Below are positions 40,401 through 54,100 of a DNA stretch of 64,000 bases, piece by piece. The first letter of the stretch is position 1. Each line of letters begins with the position of its first letter. The translations under genes were made by a program, and so were the position numbers. The notes under the pieces are model-generated. The model ran no database searches. It saw only the letters and a program-made list of their open reading frames with translations, and had not been told where the DNA came from. This DNA comes from Balanoglossus misakiensis (taxonomy: Eukaryota > Animalia > Hemichordata): the NCBI GenBank assembly GCA_040954595.2, contig CM082580.2:14692359-14756358 (forward strand), written 5' to 3'.

Positions 40401-43400
40401 GCCCAGATTCACCGCGCCATTACCACAGGAAATCGCCGGCAACTTGGCCCAGATTCACCGCGCCGTTACGACAGGAAGTCGCCGGCAACTTGGCCCAGAT
40501 TCACCGCGCCGTTACCACCGGAAGTCGCTGGCAACTTGGCCCGGATTCACAGGAAGTCTCCGGCAACTTGGCCCAGATTCACCGCGCCGTTACCACCGGA
40601 AGTCGCCGGCAACTTGGCCAGGATTCACCGCGCCGTTACGACAGGAAGTCGCCGGCAACTTGGCCCGGATTCACAGGAAGTCTCCGGCAACTTGGCCCAG
40701 ATTCACCGCGCCGTTACCACCGGAAGTCGCTGGCAACTTGGCCCGGATTCACCGCGCCGTTACGACAGGAAGTCGCCGCAACTTGGCCCGGATTCACAGG
40801 AAGTCGCCATCAACTTGGCCCAGATTCACCGCGCCGTTACGACAGGAAGTCGCCGGCAACTTGGCCCAGATTCACCGCGCCGTTACCACCGGAAGTCGCT
40901 GGCAACTTGGCCCGGATTCACAGGAAGTCTCCGGCAACTTGGCCCAGACTCACCGCGCCGTTACCACCGGAAGTCGCCGGCAACTTGGCCCGGATTCACC
41001 GCGCCGTTACGACCGGAAGTCGCCGGCAACTTGGCCCGGATTCACAGGAAGTCGCCATCAACTTGGCCCAGATTCACCGCGCCGTTACCACAGGAAATCA
41101 AAGGCAACTTGGCCCGGATTCACAGGAAGTCTCCGGCAACTTGGCCCGGATTCACCGCGCCGTTACGACCGGAAGTCGCCGGCAACTTTGCCCAGATTCA
41201 CCGCGCCGTTACGACAGGAAGTCGCCGGCAACTTGGCCCGGATTCACCGTGCCGTTACGACCGGAAGTCGCCGGCAACTTGGCCTGGATTCACCGCGCCG
41301 TTACGACCGGAAGTCGCCGCAACTTGGCCCGGATTCACAGGAAGTCGCCATCAACTTGGCCCAGATTCACCGCGCCGTTACGACAGGAAGTCGCCGGCAA
41401 CTTGGCCCAGATTCACCGCGCCGTTACCACCGGAAGTCGCTGGCAACTTGGCCCGGATTCACAGGAAGTCTCCGGCAACTTGGCCCAGATTCACCGCGCC
41501 GTTACCACCGGAAGTCGCCGGCAACTTGGCCCGGATTCACCGCGCCGTTACGACCGGAAGTCGCCGGCAACTTTGCCAAGATTCACCGCGCCGTTACGAC
41601 AGGAAGTCGCCGGCAACTTTGCCCAGATTCACCGCGCCGTTACCACCGGAAGTCGCTGGCAACTTGGCCCGGATTCACAGGAAGTCTCCGGCAACTTGGC
41701 CCAGATTCACCGCGCCGTTACCACCGGAAGTCGCCGGCAACTTGGCCCGGATTCACCGCGCCGTTACGACCGGAAGTCGCCGGCAACTTTGCCCGGATTC
41801 ACCGCGCCGTTACGACCGGAAGTCGCCGGCAACTTTGCCCAGATTCACCGCGCCGTTACGACAGGAAGTCGCCGGCAACTTGGCTCAGTTTCACCGCTAT
41901 TACCACCGGAAGTCGCCGGCAACTTGGCCCGAATTCACAGGAAGTCGCCATCAACTTGGCCCAGATTCACCGCGCCGTTACCACAGGAAATCAACGGCAA
42001 CTTGGCCCAGATTCACCGCGCCGTTACCACCGGAAGTCGCCGGCAACTTGGCCCGGATTCACCGCGCCGTTACGACCGGAAGTCGCCGGCAACTTTCACC
42101 GCGCCGTTACGAACGGTAGTCGCCGGCAACTTTGCCCAGATTCACCGCGCCGTTACGACAGGAAGTCGCCGGCAACTTGGCTCAGTTTCACCGCGCCATT
42201 ACCACCGGAAGTCGCCGGCAACTTGGCCCGGATTCACAGGAAGTCGCCATCAACTTGGCCCAGATTCACCGCGCCGTTACCACAGGAAATCAACGGCAAC
42301 TTGGCCCAGATTCACCGCGCCGTTACCACCGGAAGTCGCCGGCAACTTGGCCCGGATTCACCGCGCCGTTACGACCGGAAGTCGCCGGCAACTTGGCTCA
42401 GTTTCACCGCTATTACCACCGGAAGTCGCCGGCAACTTGGCCCGAATTCACAGGAAGTCGCCATCAACTTGGCCCAGATTCACCGCGCCGTTACCACAGG
42501 AAGTCGCCGGCAACTTGGCCGAGATTCACCGCGCTGTTACGACCGGAAGTCGCCGCAACTTGGCCCGGATTCACAGGAAGTCGCCATCAACTTGGCCCAG
42601 ATTCACCGCGCCGTTACGACAGGAAGTCGCCGGCAACTTGGCCCAGATTCACCGCGCCGTTACCACCGGAAGTCGCTGGCAACTTGGCCCGGATTCACAG
42701 GAAGTCTCCGGCAACTTGGCCCAGATTCACCGCGCCGTTACCACCGGAAGTCGCCGGCAACTTGGCCCGGATTCACCGCGCCGTTACGACCGGAAGTCGC
42801 CGGCAACTTGGCCCGGATTCACAGGAAGTCGCCATCAACTTGGCCCAGATTCACCGCGCCGTTACCACAGGAAATCAACGGCAACTTGGCCCGGATTCAC
42901 CGCGCCGTTACGACCGGAAGTCGCCGGCAACTTTGCCCAGATTAACCGCGCAGTTACGACAGGAAGTCGCCGGCAACCTGGCCCAGTTTCACCGCGCCGT
43001 TACCACCGGAAGTCGCTGGCAACTTGGCCCGGATTCACAGGAAGTCTCCGGCAACTTGGCCCGGATTCACCGCGCCGTTACGACCGGAAGTCGCCGGCAA
43101 CTTTGCCCAGATTCACCGCGCCGTTACGACAGGACGTCGCCGGCAACTTGGCCCGGATTCACCGCGCCGTTACGACCGGAAGTCGCCGGACATTGGCCTG
43201 GATTCACCGCGCCGTTACGACCGGAAGTCGCCGCAACTTGACCCGGATTCACCGCGCCGTTACCACAGGAAGTCGCCGGCAACTTGGCCTAGATTCACCG
43301 CGCCGTTACGACCGGAAGTCGCCGCAACTTGGCCCGGATTCACAGGAAGTCGGCATCAACTTGGCCCAGATTCACCGCGCCATTACCACAGGAAATCGCC

Positions 43401-45155
43401 GGCAACTTGGCCCAGATTCACCGCACCGTTACGACAGGAAGTCGCCGGCAACTTGGCCCAGATTCACCGCGCCGTTACCACCGGAAGTCGCTGGCAACTC
43501 GGCCCGGATTCACAGGAAGTCTCCGGCAACTTGGCCCAGATTCACCGCGCCGTTACCACCGGAAGTCGCCGGCAACTTGGCCCGGATTCACCGCGCCGTT
43601 ACGACAGGAAGTCGCCGGCAACTTTCACCGCGCCGTTACGAACGGTAGTCGCCGGCAACTTTGCCCAGATTCACCGCGCCGTTACGACAGGAAGTCGCCG
43701 GCAACTTGGCTCAGTTTCACCGCGCCATTACCACCGGAAGTCGCCGGCAACTTGGCCCGGATTCACAGGAAGTCGCCATCAACTTGGCCCAGATTCACCG
43801 CGCCGTTACCACAGGAAATCAACGGCAACTTGGCCCAGATTCACCGCGCCGTTACCACCGGAAGTCGCCGGCAACTTGGCCCGGATTCACCGCGCCGTTA
43901 CGACCGGAAGTCGCCGGCAACTTGGCTCAGTTTCACCGCTATTACCACCGGAAGTCGCCGGCAACTTGGCCCGAATTCACAGGAAGTCGCCATCAACTTG
44001 GCCCAGATTCACCGCGCCGTTACCACAGGAAGTCGCCGGCAACTTGGCCGAGATTCACCGCGCTGTTACGACCGGAAGTCGCCGCAACTTGGCCCGGATT
44101 CACAGGAAGTCGCCATCAACTTGGCCCAGATTCACCGCGCCGTTACGACAGGAAGTCGCCGGCAACTTGGCCCAGATTCACCGCGCCGTTACCACCGGAA
44201 GTCGCTGGCAACTTGGCCCGGATTCACAGGAAGTCTCCGGCAACTTGGCCCAGATTCACCGCGCCGTTACCACCGGAAGTCGCCGGCAACTTGGCCCGGA
44301 TTCACCGCGCCGTTACGACCGGAAGTCGCCGGCAACTTGGCCCGGATTCACAGGAAGTCGCCATCAACTTGGCCCAGATTCACCGCGCCGTTACCACAGG
44401 AAATCAACGGCAACTTGGCCCGGATTCACCGCGCCGTTACGACCGGAAGTCGCCGGCAACTTTGCCCAGATTAACCGCGCAGTTACGACAGGAAGTCGCC
44501 GGCAACCTGGCCCAGTTTCACCGCGCCGTTACCACCGGAAGTCGCTGGCAACTTGGCCCGGATTCACAGGAAGTCTCCGGCAACTTGGCCCGGATTCACC
44601 GCGCCGTTACGACCGGAAGTCGCCGGCAACTTTGCCCAGATTCACCGCGCCGTTACGACAGGACGTCGCCGGCAACTTGGCCCGGATTCACCGCGCCGTT
44701 ACGACCGGAAGTCGCCGGACATTGGCCTGGATTCACCGCGCCGTTACGACCGGAAGTCGCCGCAACTTGACCCGGATTCACCGCGCCGTTACCACAGGAA
44801 GTCGCCGGCAACTTGGCCTAGATTCACCGCGCCGTTACGACCGGAAGTCGCCGCAACTTGGCCCGGATTCACAGGAAGTCGGCATCAACTTGGCCCAGAT
44901 TCACCGCGCCATTACCACAGGAAATCGCCGGCAACTTGGCCCAGATTCACCGCACCGTTACGACAGGAAGTCGCCGGCAACTTGGCCCAGATTCACCGCG
45001 CCGTTACCACCGGAAGTCGCTGGCAACTCGGCCCGGATTCACAGGAAGTCTCCGGCAACTTGGCCCAGATTCACCGCGCCGTTACCACCGGAAGTCGCCG
45101 GCAACTTGGCCCGGATTCACCGCGCCGTTACGACAGGAAGTCGCCGGCAACTTGG
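31482..45155. repeat. Subtelomeric satellite B, interspersed 46-bp and 32-bp units, CpG-rich, 13.7 kb
   Basis: Long unit caacttggcccagattcaccgcgccgttaccaccggaagtcgccgg; short unit caacttggcccggattcacaggaagtcgccat. Confidence 0.98.
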
Positions 45156-48100
45156 CCGCCAGGTTGCCACCGGAAGTTGTTGGAGGCCAACCTGATACCC
45201 AACCCCTTCTCCGACCGCCAGGTTGCCACCGGAAGTTGTTGGAGGCCAACCTGATACCCAACCCCTTCTCCGACCGCCAGGTTGCCACCGGAAGTTGTTG
45301 GAGGCCAACCTGATACCCAACCCCTTCTCCGACCGCCAGGTTGCCACCGGAAGTTGTTGGAGGCCAACCTGATACCCAACCCCTTCTCCGACCGCCAGGT
45401 TGCCACCGGAAGTTGTAGGAGGCCTACCTGATACCCAACCCCTTCTGCGACCGCCAGGTTACCACCGGAAGTTGTAGGAGGCCAACCTGATACCCAACCC
45501 CTTCTGCGACCGCCAGGTTACCACCGGAAGTTGTAGGAGGCCAACCTGATACCCAACCCCTTCTCCGACCGCCAGGTTACCACCGGAAGTTGTAGGAGGC
45601 CAACCTGATACCCAACCCCTTCTCCGACCGCCAGGTTACCACCGGAAGTTGTAGGAGGCCAACCTGATACCCAACCCCTTCTCCGACCGCCAGGTTACCA
45701 CCGGAAGTTGTAGGAGGCCAACCTGATACCCAACCCCTTCTCCGACCGCCAGGTTACCACCGGAAGTTGTAGGAGGCCAACCTGATACCCAACCCCTTCT
45801 CCGACCGCCAGGTTACCACCGGAAGTTGTAGGAGGCCAACCTGATACCCAACCCCTTCTCCGACCGCCAGGTTACCACCGGAAGCTGGAGGAGGCCAACC
45901 TGATACCCAACCCCTTCTTCGACCGCCAGGTTACCACCGGAAGCTGGAGGAGGCCAACCTGATACCCAACCCCTTCTTCGACCGCCAGGTTACCACCGGA
46001 AGCTGGAGGAGGCCAACCTGATACCCAACCCCTTCTTCGACCGCCAGGTTACCACCGGAAGCTGTAGGAGGCCAACCTGATACCCAACCCCTTCTTCGAC
46101 CGCCAGGTTACCACCGGAAGCTGTAGGAGGCCAACCTGATACCCAAACCCTTCTTCGACCGCCAGGTTACCACCGGAAGCTGTAGGAGGCCAACCTGATA
46201 CCCAAACCCTTCTTCGACCGCCACGTTACCACCGGAAGCTGGAGGAGGCCAACCTGATACCCAACCCCTTCTTCGACCGCCAGGTTACCACCCCTTCTTT
46301 GACCGCCAGGTTACCACCGGAAGTTGGAGGCCAACCTGATACCCAACCCCTTCTTCGACCGCCAGGTTACCACCGGAAGCTGTGGGAGGCCAACCTGATA
46401 CCCAACCCCTTCTTCGACCGCCAGGTTACCACCGGAAGCTGTAGGAGGCCAACCTGATACCCAAACCCTTCTTCGACCGCCAGGTTACCACCGGAAGCTG
46501 TAGGAGGCCAACCTGATACCCAAACCCTTCTTCGACCGCCAGGTTACCACCGGAAGCTGTAGGAGGCCAACCTGATACCCAAACCCTTCTTCGACCGCCA
46601 GGTTACCACCGGAAGCTGTAGGAGGCCAACCTGATACCCAAACCCTTCTTCGACCGCCAGGTTACCACCGGAAGCTGTAGGAGGCCAACCTGATACCCAA
46701 ACCCTTCTTCGACCGCCAGGTTACCACCGGAAGCTGTAGGAGGCCAACCTGATACCCAAACCCTTCTTCGACCGCCAGGTTACCACCGGAAGCTGTAGGA
46801 GGCCAACCTGATACCCAAACCCTTCTTCGACCGCCAGGTTACCACCGGAAGCTGTAGGAGGCCAACCTGATACCCAACCCCTTCTCCGACCGCCAGGTTA
46901 CCACCGGAAGCTGTAGGAGGCCAACCTGATACCCAACCCCTTCTCCGACCGCCAGGTTACCACCGGAAGCTGTAGGAGGCCAACCTGATACCCAACCCCT
47001 TCTCCGACCGCCAGGTTACCACCGGAAGCTGTAGGAGGCCAACCTGATACCCAAACCCTTCTCCGACCGCCAGGTTACCACCGGAAGCTGTAGGAGGCCA
47101 ACCTGATACCCAAACCCTTCTCCGACCGCCAGGTTACCACCGGAAGCTGTAGGAGGCCAACCTGATACCCAAACCCTTCTCCGACCGCCAGGTTACCACC
47201 GGAAGCTGTAGGAGGCCAACCTGATACCCAAACCCTTCTCCGACCGCCAGGTTACCACCGGAAGCTGTAGGAGGCCAACCTGATACCCAAACCCTTCTCC
47301 GACCGCCAGGTTACCACCGGAAGCTGTAGGAGGCCAACCTGATACCCAAACCCTTCTCCGACCGCCAGGTTACCACCGGAAGCTGTAGGAGGCCAACCTG
47401 ATACCCAAACCCTTCTCCGACCGCCAGGTTACCACCGGAAGCTGTAGGAGGCCAACCTGATACCCAAACCCTTCTCCGACCGCCAGGTTACCACCGGAAG
47501 CTGTAGGAGGCCAACCTGATACCCAAACCCTTCTCCGACCGCCAGGTTACCACCGGAAGCTGTAGGAGGCCAACCTGATACCCAAACCCTTCTCCGACCG
47601 CCAGGTTACCACCGGAAGCTGTAGGAGGCCAACCTGATACCCAAACCCTTCTCCGACCGCCAGGTTACCACCGGAAGCTGTAGGAGGCCAACCTGATACC
47701 CAAACCCTTCTCCGACCGCCAGGTTACCACCGGAAGCTGTAGGAGGCCAACCTGATACCCAAACCCTTCTCCGACCGCCAGGTTACCACCGGAAGCTGTA
47801 GGAGGCCAACCTGATACCCAAACCCTTCTCCGACCGCCAGGTTACCACCGGAAGCTGTAGGAGGCCAACCTGATACCCAAACCCTTCTCCGACCGCCAGG
47901 TTACCACCGGAAGCTGTAGGAGGCCAACCTGATACCCAAACCCTTCTCCGACCGCCAGGTTACCACCGGAAGCTGTAGGAGGCCAACCTGATACCCAAAC
48001 CCTTCTCCGACCGCCAGGTTACCACCGGAAGCTGGAGGAGGCCAACCTGATACCCAAACCCTTCTCCGACCGCCAGGTTACCACCGGAAGCTGGAGGAGG

Positions 48101-51100
48101 CCAACCTGATACCCAAACCCTTCTCCGACCGCCAGGTTACCACCGGAAGCTGGAGGAGGCCAACCTGATACCCAAACCCTTCTCCGACCGCCAGGTTACC
48201 ACCGGAAGCTGGAGGAGGCCAACCTGATACCCAAACCCTTCTCCGACCGCCAGGTTACCACCGGAAGCTGGAGGAGGCCAACCTGATACCCAAACCCTTC
48301 TCCGACCGCCAGGTTACCACCGGAAGCTGGAGGAGGCCAACCTGATACCCAAACCCTTCTCCGACCGCCAGGTTACCACCGGAAGCTGGAGGAGGCCAAC
48401 CTGATACCCAAACCCTTCTCCGACCGCCAGGTTACCACCGGAAGCTGGAGGAGGCCAACCTGATACCCAAACCCTTCTCCGACCGCCAGGTTACCACCGG
48501 AAGCTGGAGGAGGCCAACCTGATACCCAAACCCTTCTTCGACCGCCAGGTTACCACCGGAAGCTGGAGGAGGCCAACCTGATACCCAAACCCTTCTTCGA
48601 CCGCCAGGTTACCACCGGAAGCTGGAGGAGGCCAACCTGATACCCAAACCCTTCTTCGACCGCCAGGTTACCACCGGAAGCTGGAGGAGGCCAACCTGAT
48701 ACCCTAACCCTTCTTCGACCGCCAGGTTACCACCGGAAGCTGGAGGAGGCCAACCTGATACCCAACCCCTTCTTCGACCGCCAGGTTACCACCGGAAGTT
48801 GGAGGAGGCCAACCTGATACCCAACCCCTTCTTCGACCGCCAGGTTACCACCGGAAGTTGGAGGAGGCCAACCTGATACCCAACCCCTTCTTCGACCGCC
48901 ACGTTACCACCGGAAGTTGGAGGCCAACCTGATACCCAACCCCTTCTTCGACCGCCACGTTACCACCGGAAGCTGGAGGCCAACCTGATACCCAACCCCT
49001 TCTTCGACAGCCACGTTACCACCGGAAGCTGGAGGCCAACCTGATACCCAACCCTTTCTTCGACCGCCAGGTTACCACCCCTTCTTCGACCGCCAGGTTA
49101 CCACCGGAAGTTGGAGGCCAACCTGATACCCCACCCCTTCTTCGACCGCCAGGTTACCACCGGAAGTTGGAGGAGGCCAACCTGATGCCCAACCCCTTCT
49201 TCGACCGCCAGGTTACCACCGGAAGTTGGAGGAGGCCAACCTGATGCCCAACCCCTTCTTCGACCGCCAGGTTACCACCGGAAGTTGGAGGAGGCCAACC
49301 TGATGCCCAACCCCTTCTTCGACCGCCAGGTTACCACCGGAAGTTGGAGGAGGCCAACCTGATGCCCAACCCCTTCTTCGACCGCCAGGTTACCACCGGA
49401 AGTTGGAGGAGGCCAACCTGATGCCCAACCCCTTCTTCGACCGCCAGGTTACCACCGGAAGTTGGAGGAGGCCAACCTGATGCCCAACCCCTTCTTCGAC
49501 CGCCAGGTTACCACCGGAAGTTGGAGGAGGCCAACCTGATGCCCAACCCCTTCTTCGACCGCCAGGTTACCACCGGAAGTTGGAGGAGGCCAACCTGATG
49601 CCCAACCCCTTCTTCGACCGCCAGGTTACCACCGGAAGTTGGAGGAGGCCAACCTGATGCCCAACCCCTTCTTCGACCGCCAGGTTACCACCGGAAGTTG
49701 GAGGAGGCCAACCTGATGCCCAACCCCTTCTTCGACCGCCAGGTTACCACCGGAAGTTGGAGGAGGCCAACCTGATGCCCAACCCCTTCTTCGACCGCCA
49801 GGTTACCACCGGAAGTTGGAGGAGGCCAACCTGATGCCCAACCCCTTCTTCGACCGCCAGGTTACCACCGGAAGTTGGAGGAGGCCAACCTGATGCCCAA
49901 CCCCTTCTTCGACCGCCAGGTTACCACCGGAAGTTGGAGGAGGCCAACCTGATGCCCAACCCCTTCTTCGACCGCCAGGTTACCACCGGAAGTTGGAGGA
50001 GGCCAACCTGATGCCCAACCCCTTCTTCGACCGCCAGGTTACCACCGGAAGTTGTAGGAGGCCAACCTGATGCCCAACCCCTTCTTCGACCGCCAGGTTA
50101 CCACCGGAAGTTGTAGGAGGCCAACCTGATGCCCAACCCCTTCTTCGACCGCCAGGTTACCACCGGAAGTTGTAGGAGGCCAACCTGATGCCCAACCCCT
50201 TCTTCGACCGCCAGGTCACCACCGGAAGTTGTAGGAGGCCAACCTGATGCCCAACCCCTTCTTCCACCGCCAGGTCACCACCGGAAGTTGGAGGAGGCCA
50301 ACCTGATGCCCAACCCCTTCTTCCACCGCCAGGTCACCACCGGAAGTTGGAGGAGGCCAACCTGATGCCCAACCCCTTCTTCCACCGCCAGGTCACCACC
50401 GGAAGTTGGAGGAGGCCAACCTGATGCCCAACCCCTTCTTCCACCGCCAGGTCACCACCGGAAGTTGGAGGAGGCCAACCTGATGCCCAACCCCTTCTTC
50501 CACCGCCAGGTCACCACCGGAAGTTGGAGGAGGCCAACCTGATGCCCAACCCCTTCTTCCACCGCCAGGTCACCACCGGAAGTTGGAGGAGGCCAACCTG
50601 ATGCCCAACCCCTTCTTCCACCGCCAGGTCACCACCGGAAGTTGGAGGAGGCCAACCTGATGCCCAACCCCTTCTTCCACCGCCAGGTCACCACCGGAAG
50701 TTGGAGGAGGCCAACCTGATGCCCAACCCCTTCTTCCACCGCCAGGTCACCACCGGAAGTTGGAGGAGGCCAACCTGATGCCCAACCCCTTCTTCCACCG
50801 CCAGGTCACCACCGGAAGTTGGAGGAGGCCAACCTGATGCCCAACCCCTTCTTCCACCGCCAGGTCACCACCGGAAGTTGGAGGAGGCCAACCTGATGCC
50901 CAACCCCTTCTTCCACCGCCAGGTCACCACCGGAAGTTGGAGGAGGCCAACCTGATGCCCAACCCCTTCTTCCACCGCCAGGTCACCACCGGAAGTTGGA
51001 GGAGGCCAACCTGATGCCCAACCCCTTCTTCGACCGCCAGGTCACCACCGGAAGTTGGAGGAGGCCAACCTGATGCCCAACCCCTTCTTCGACCGCCAGG

Positions 51101-54100
51101 TCACCACCGGAAGTTGGAGGAGGCCAACCTGATGCCCAACCCCTTCTTCGACCGCCAGGTCACCACCGGAAGTTGGAGGAGGCCAACCTGATGCCCAACC
51201 CCTTCTTCGACCGCCAGGTCACCACCGGAAGTTGGAGGAGGCCAACCTGATGCCCAACCCCTTCTTCGACCGCCAGGTCACCACCGGAAGTTGGAGGAGG
51301 CCAACCTGATGCCCAACCCCTTCTTCGACCGCCAGGTCACCACCGGAAGTTGGAGGAGGCCAACCTGATGCCCAACCCCTTCTTCGACCGCCAGGTCACC
51401 ACCGGAAGTTGGAGGAGGCCAACCTGATGCCCAACCCCTTCTTCGACCGCCAGGTCACCACCGGAAGTTGGAGGAGGCCAACCTGATGCCCAACCCCTTC
51501 TTCGACCGCCAGGTCACCACCGGAAGTTGGAGGAGGCCAACCTGATGCCCAACCCCTTCTTCGACCGCCAGGTCACCACCGGAAGTTGGAGGAGGCCAAC
51601 CTGATGCCCAACCCCTTCTTCGACCGCCAGGTCACCACCGGAAGTTGGAGGAGGCCAACCTGATGCCCAACCCCTTCTTCGACCGCCAGGTCACCACCGG
51701 AAGTTGGAGGAGGCCAACCTGATGCCCAACCCCTTCTTCGACCGCCAGGTCACCACCGGAAGTTGTAGGAGGCCAACCTGATGCCCAACCCCTTCTTCGA
51801 CCGCCAGGTCACCACCGGAAGTTGGAGGAGGCCAACCTGATGCCCAACCCCTTCTTCGACCGCCAGGTCACCACCGGAAGTTGGAGGAGGCCAACCTGAT
51901 GCCCAACCCCTTCTTCGACCGCCAGGTCACCACCGGAAGTTGTAGGAGGCCAACCTGATGCCCAACCCCTTCTTCGACCGCCAGGTCACCACCGGAAGTT
52001 GTAGGAGGCCAACCTGATGCCCAACCCCTTCTTCCACCGCCAGGTCACCACCGGAAGTTGGAGGAGGCCAACCTGATGCCCAACCCCTTCTTCCACCGCC
52101 AGGTCACCACCGGAAGTTGGAGGAGGCCAACCTGATGCCCAACCCCTTCTTCCACCGCCAGGTCACCACCGGAAGTTGGAGGAGGCCAACCTGATGCCCA
52201 ACCCCTTCTTCCACCGCCAGGTCACCACCGGAAGTTGGAGGAGGCCAACCTGATGCCCAACCCCTTCTTCCACCGCCAGGTCACCACCGGAAGTTGGAGG
52301 AGGCCAACCTGATGCCCAACCCCTTCTTCCACCGCCAGGTCACCACCGGAAGTTGGAGGAGGCCAACCTGATGCCCAACCCCTTCTTCCACCGCCAGGTC
52401 ACCACCGGAAGTTGGAGGAGGCCAACCTGATGCCCAACCCCTTCTTCCACCGCCAGGTCACCACCGGAAGTTGGAGGAGGCCAACCTGATGCCCAACCCC
52501 TTCTTCCACCGCCAGGTCACCACCGGAAGTTGGAGGAGGCCAACCTGATGCCCAACCCCTTCTTCCACCGCCAGGTCACCACCGGAAGTTGGAGGAGGCC
52601 AACCTGATGCCCAACCCCTTCTTCCACCGCCAGGTCACCACCGGAAGTTGGAGGAGGCCAACCTGATGCCCAACCCCTTCTTCCACCGCCAGGTCACCAC
52701 CGGAAGTTGGAGGAGGCCAACCTGATGCCCAACCCCTTCTTCCGACCGCCAGGTCACCACCGGAAGTTGGAGGAGGCCAACCTGATGCCCAACCCCTTCT
52801 TCGACCGCCAGGTCACCACCGGAAGTTGGAGGAGGCCAACCTGATGCCCAACCCCTTCTTCGACCGCCAGGTCACCACCGGAAGTTGGAGGAGGCCAACC
52901 TGATGCCCAACCCCTTCTTCGACCGCCAGGTCACCACCGGAAGTTGGAGGAGGCCAACCTGATGCCCAACCCCTTCTTCGACCGCCAGGTCACCACCGGA
53001 AGTTGGAGGAGGCCAACCTGATGCCCAACCCCTTCTTCGACCGCCAGGTCACCACCGGAAGTTGGAGGAGGCCAACCTGATGCCCAACCCCTTCTTCGAC
53101 CGCCAGGTCACCACCGGAAGTTGGAGGAGGCCAACCTGATGCCCAACCCCTTCTTCGACCGCCAGGTCACCACCGGAAGTTGGAGGAGGCCAACCTGATG
53201 CCCAACCCCTTCTTCGACCGCCAGGTCACCACCGGAAGTTGGAGGAGGCCAACCTGATGCCCAACCCCTTCTTCGACCGCCAGGTCACCACCGGAAGTTG
53301 GAGGAGGCCAACCTGATGCCCAACCCCTTCTTCGACCGCCAGGTCACCACCGGAAGTTGGAGGAGGCCAACCTGATGCCCAACCCCTTCTTCGACCGCCA
53401 GGTCACCACCGGAAGTTGGAGGAGGCCAACCTGATGCCCCAACCCCTTCTTCGACCGCCAGGTCACCACCGGAAGTTGGAGGAGGCCAACCTGATGCCCA
53501 ACCCCTTCTTCGACCGCCAGGTCACCACCGGAAGTTGGAGGAGGCCAACCTGATGCCCAACCCCTTCTTCGACCGCCAGGTCACCACCGGAAGTTGGAGG
53601 AGGCCAACCTGATGCCCAACCCCTTCTTCGACCGCCAGGTCACCACCGGAAGTTGGAGGAGGCCAACCTGATGCCCAACCCCTTCTTCGACCGCCAGGTC
53701 ACCACCGGAAGTTGGAGGAGGCCAACCTGATGCCCAACCCCTTCTTCGACCGCCAGGTCACCACCGGAAGTTGGAGGAGGCCAACCTGATGCCCAACCCC
53801 TTCTTCGACCGCCAGGTCACCACCGGAAGTTGGAGGAGGCCAACCTGATGCCCAACCCCTTCTTCGACCGCCAGGTCACCACCGGAAGTTGGAGGAGGCC
53901 AACCTGATGCCCAACCCCTTCTTCGACCGCCAGGTCACCACCGGAAGTTGGAGGAGGCCAACCTGATGCCCAACCCCTTCTTCGACCGCCAGGTCGCCTC
54001 CGGAAGTTGGAGGAGGCCAACCTGATGCCCAACCCCTTCTTCGACCGCCAGGTCGCCTCCGGAAGTTGGAGGAGGCCAACCTGATGCCCAACCCCTTCTT

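Noticed and set aside
31200-45313. Giant overlapping ORFs (up to 2001 aa) in all three + frames
   Set aside because: The 46/32-bp units lack + strand stop codons and are not multiples of 3, so the same peptides cycle through all frames; starts are mostly TTG; no domain is recognisable.
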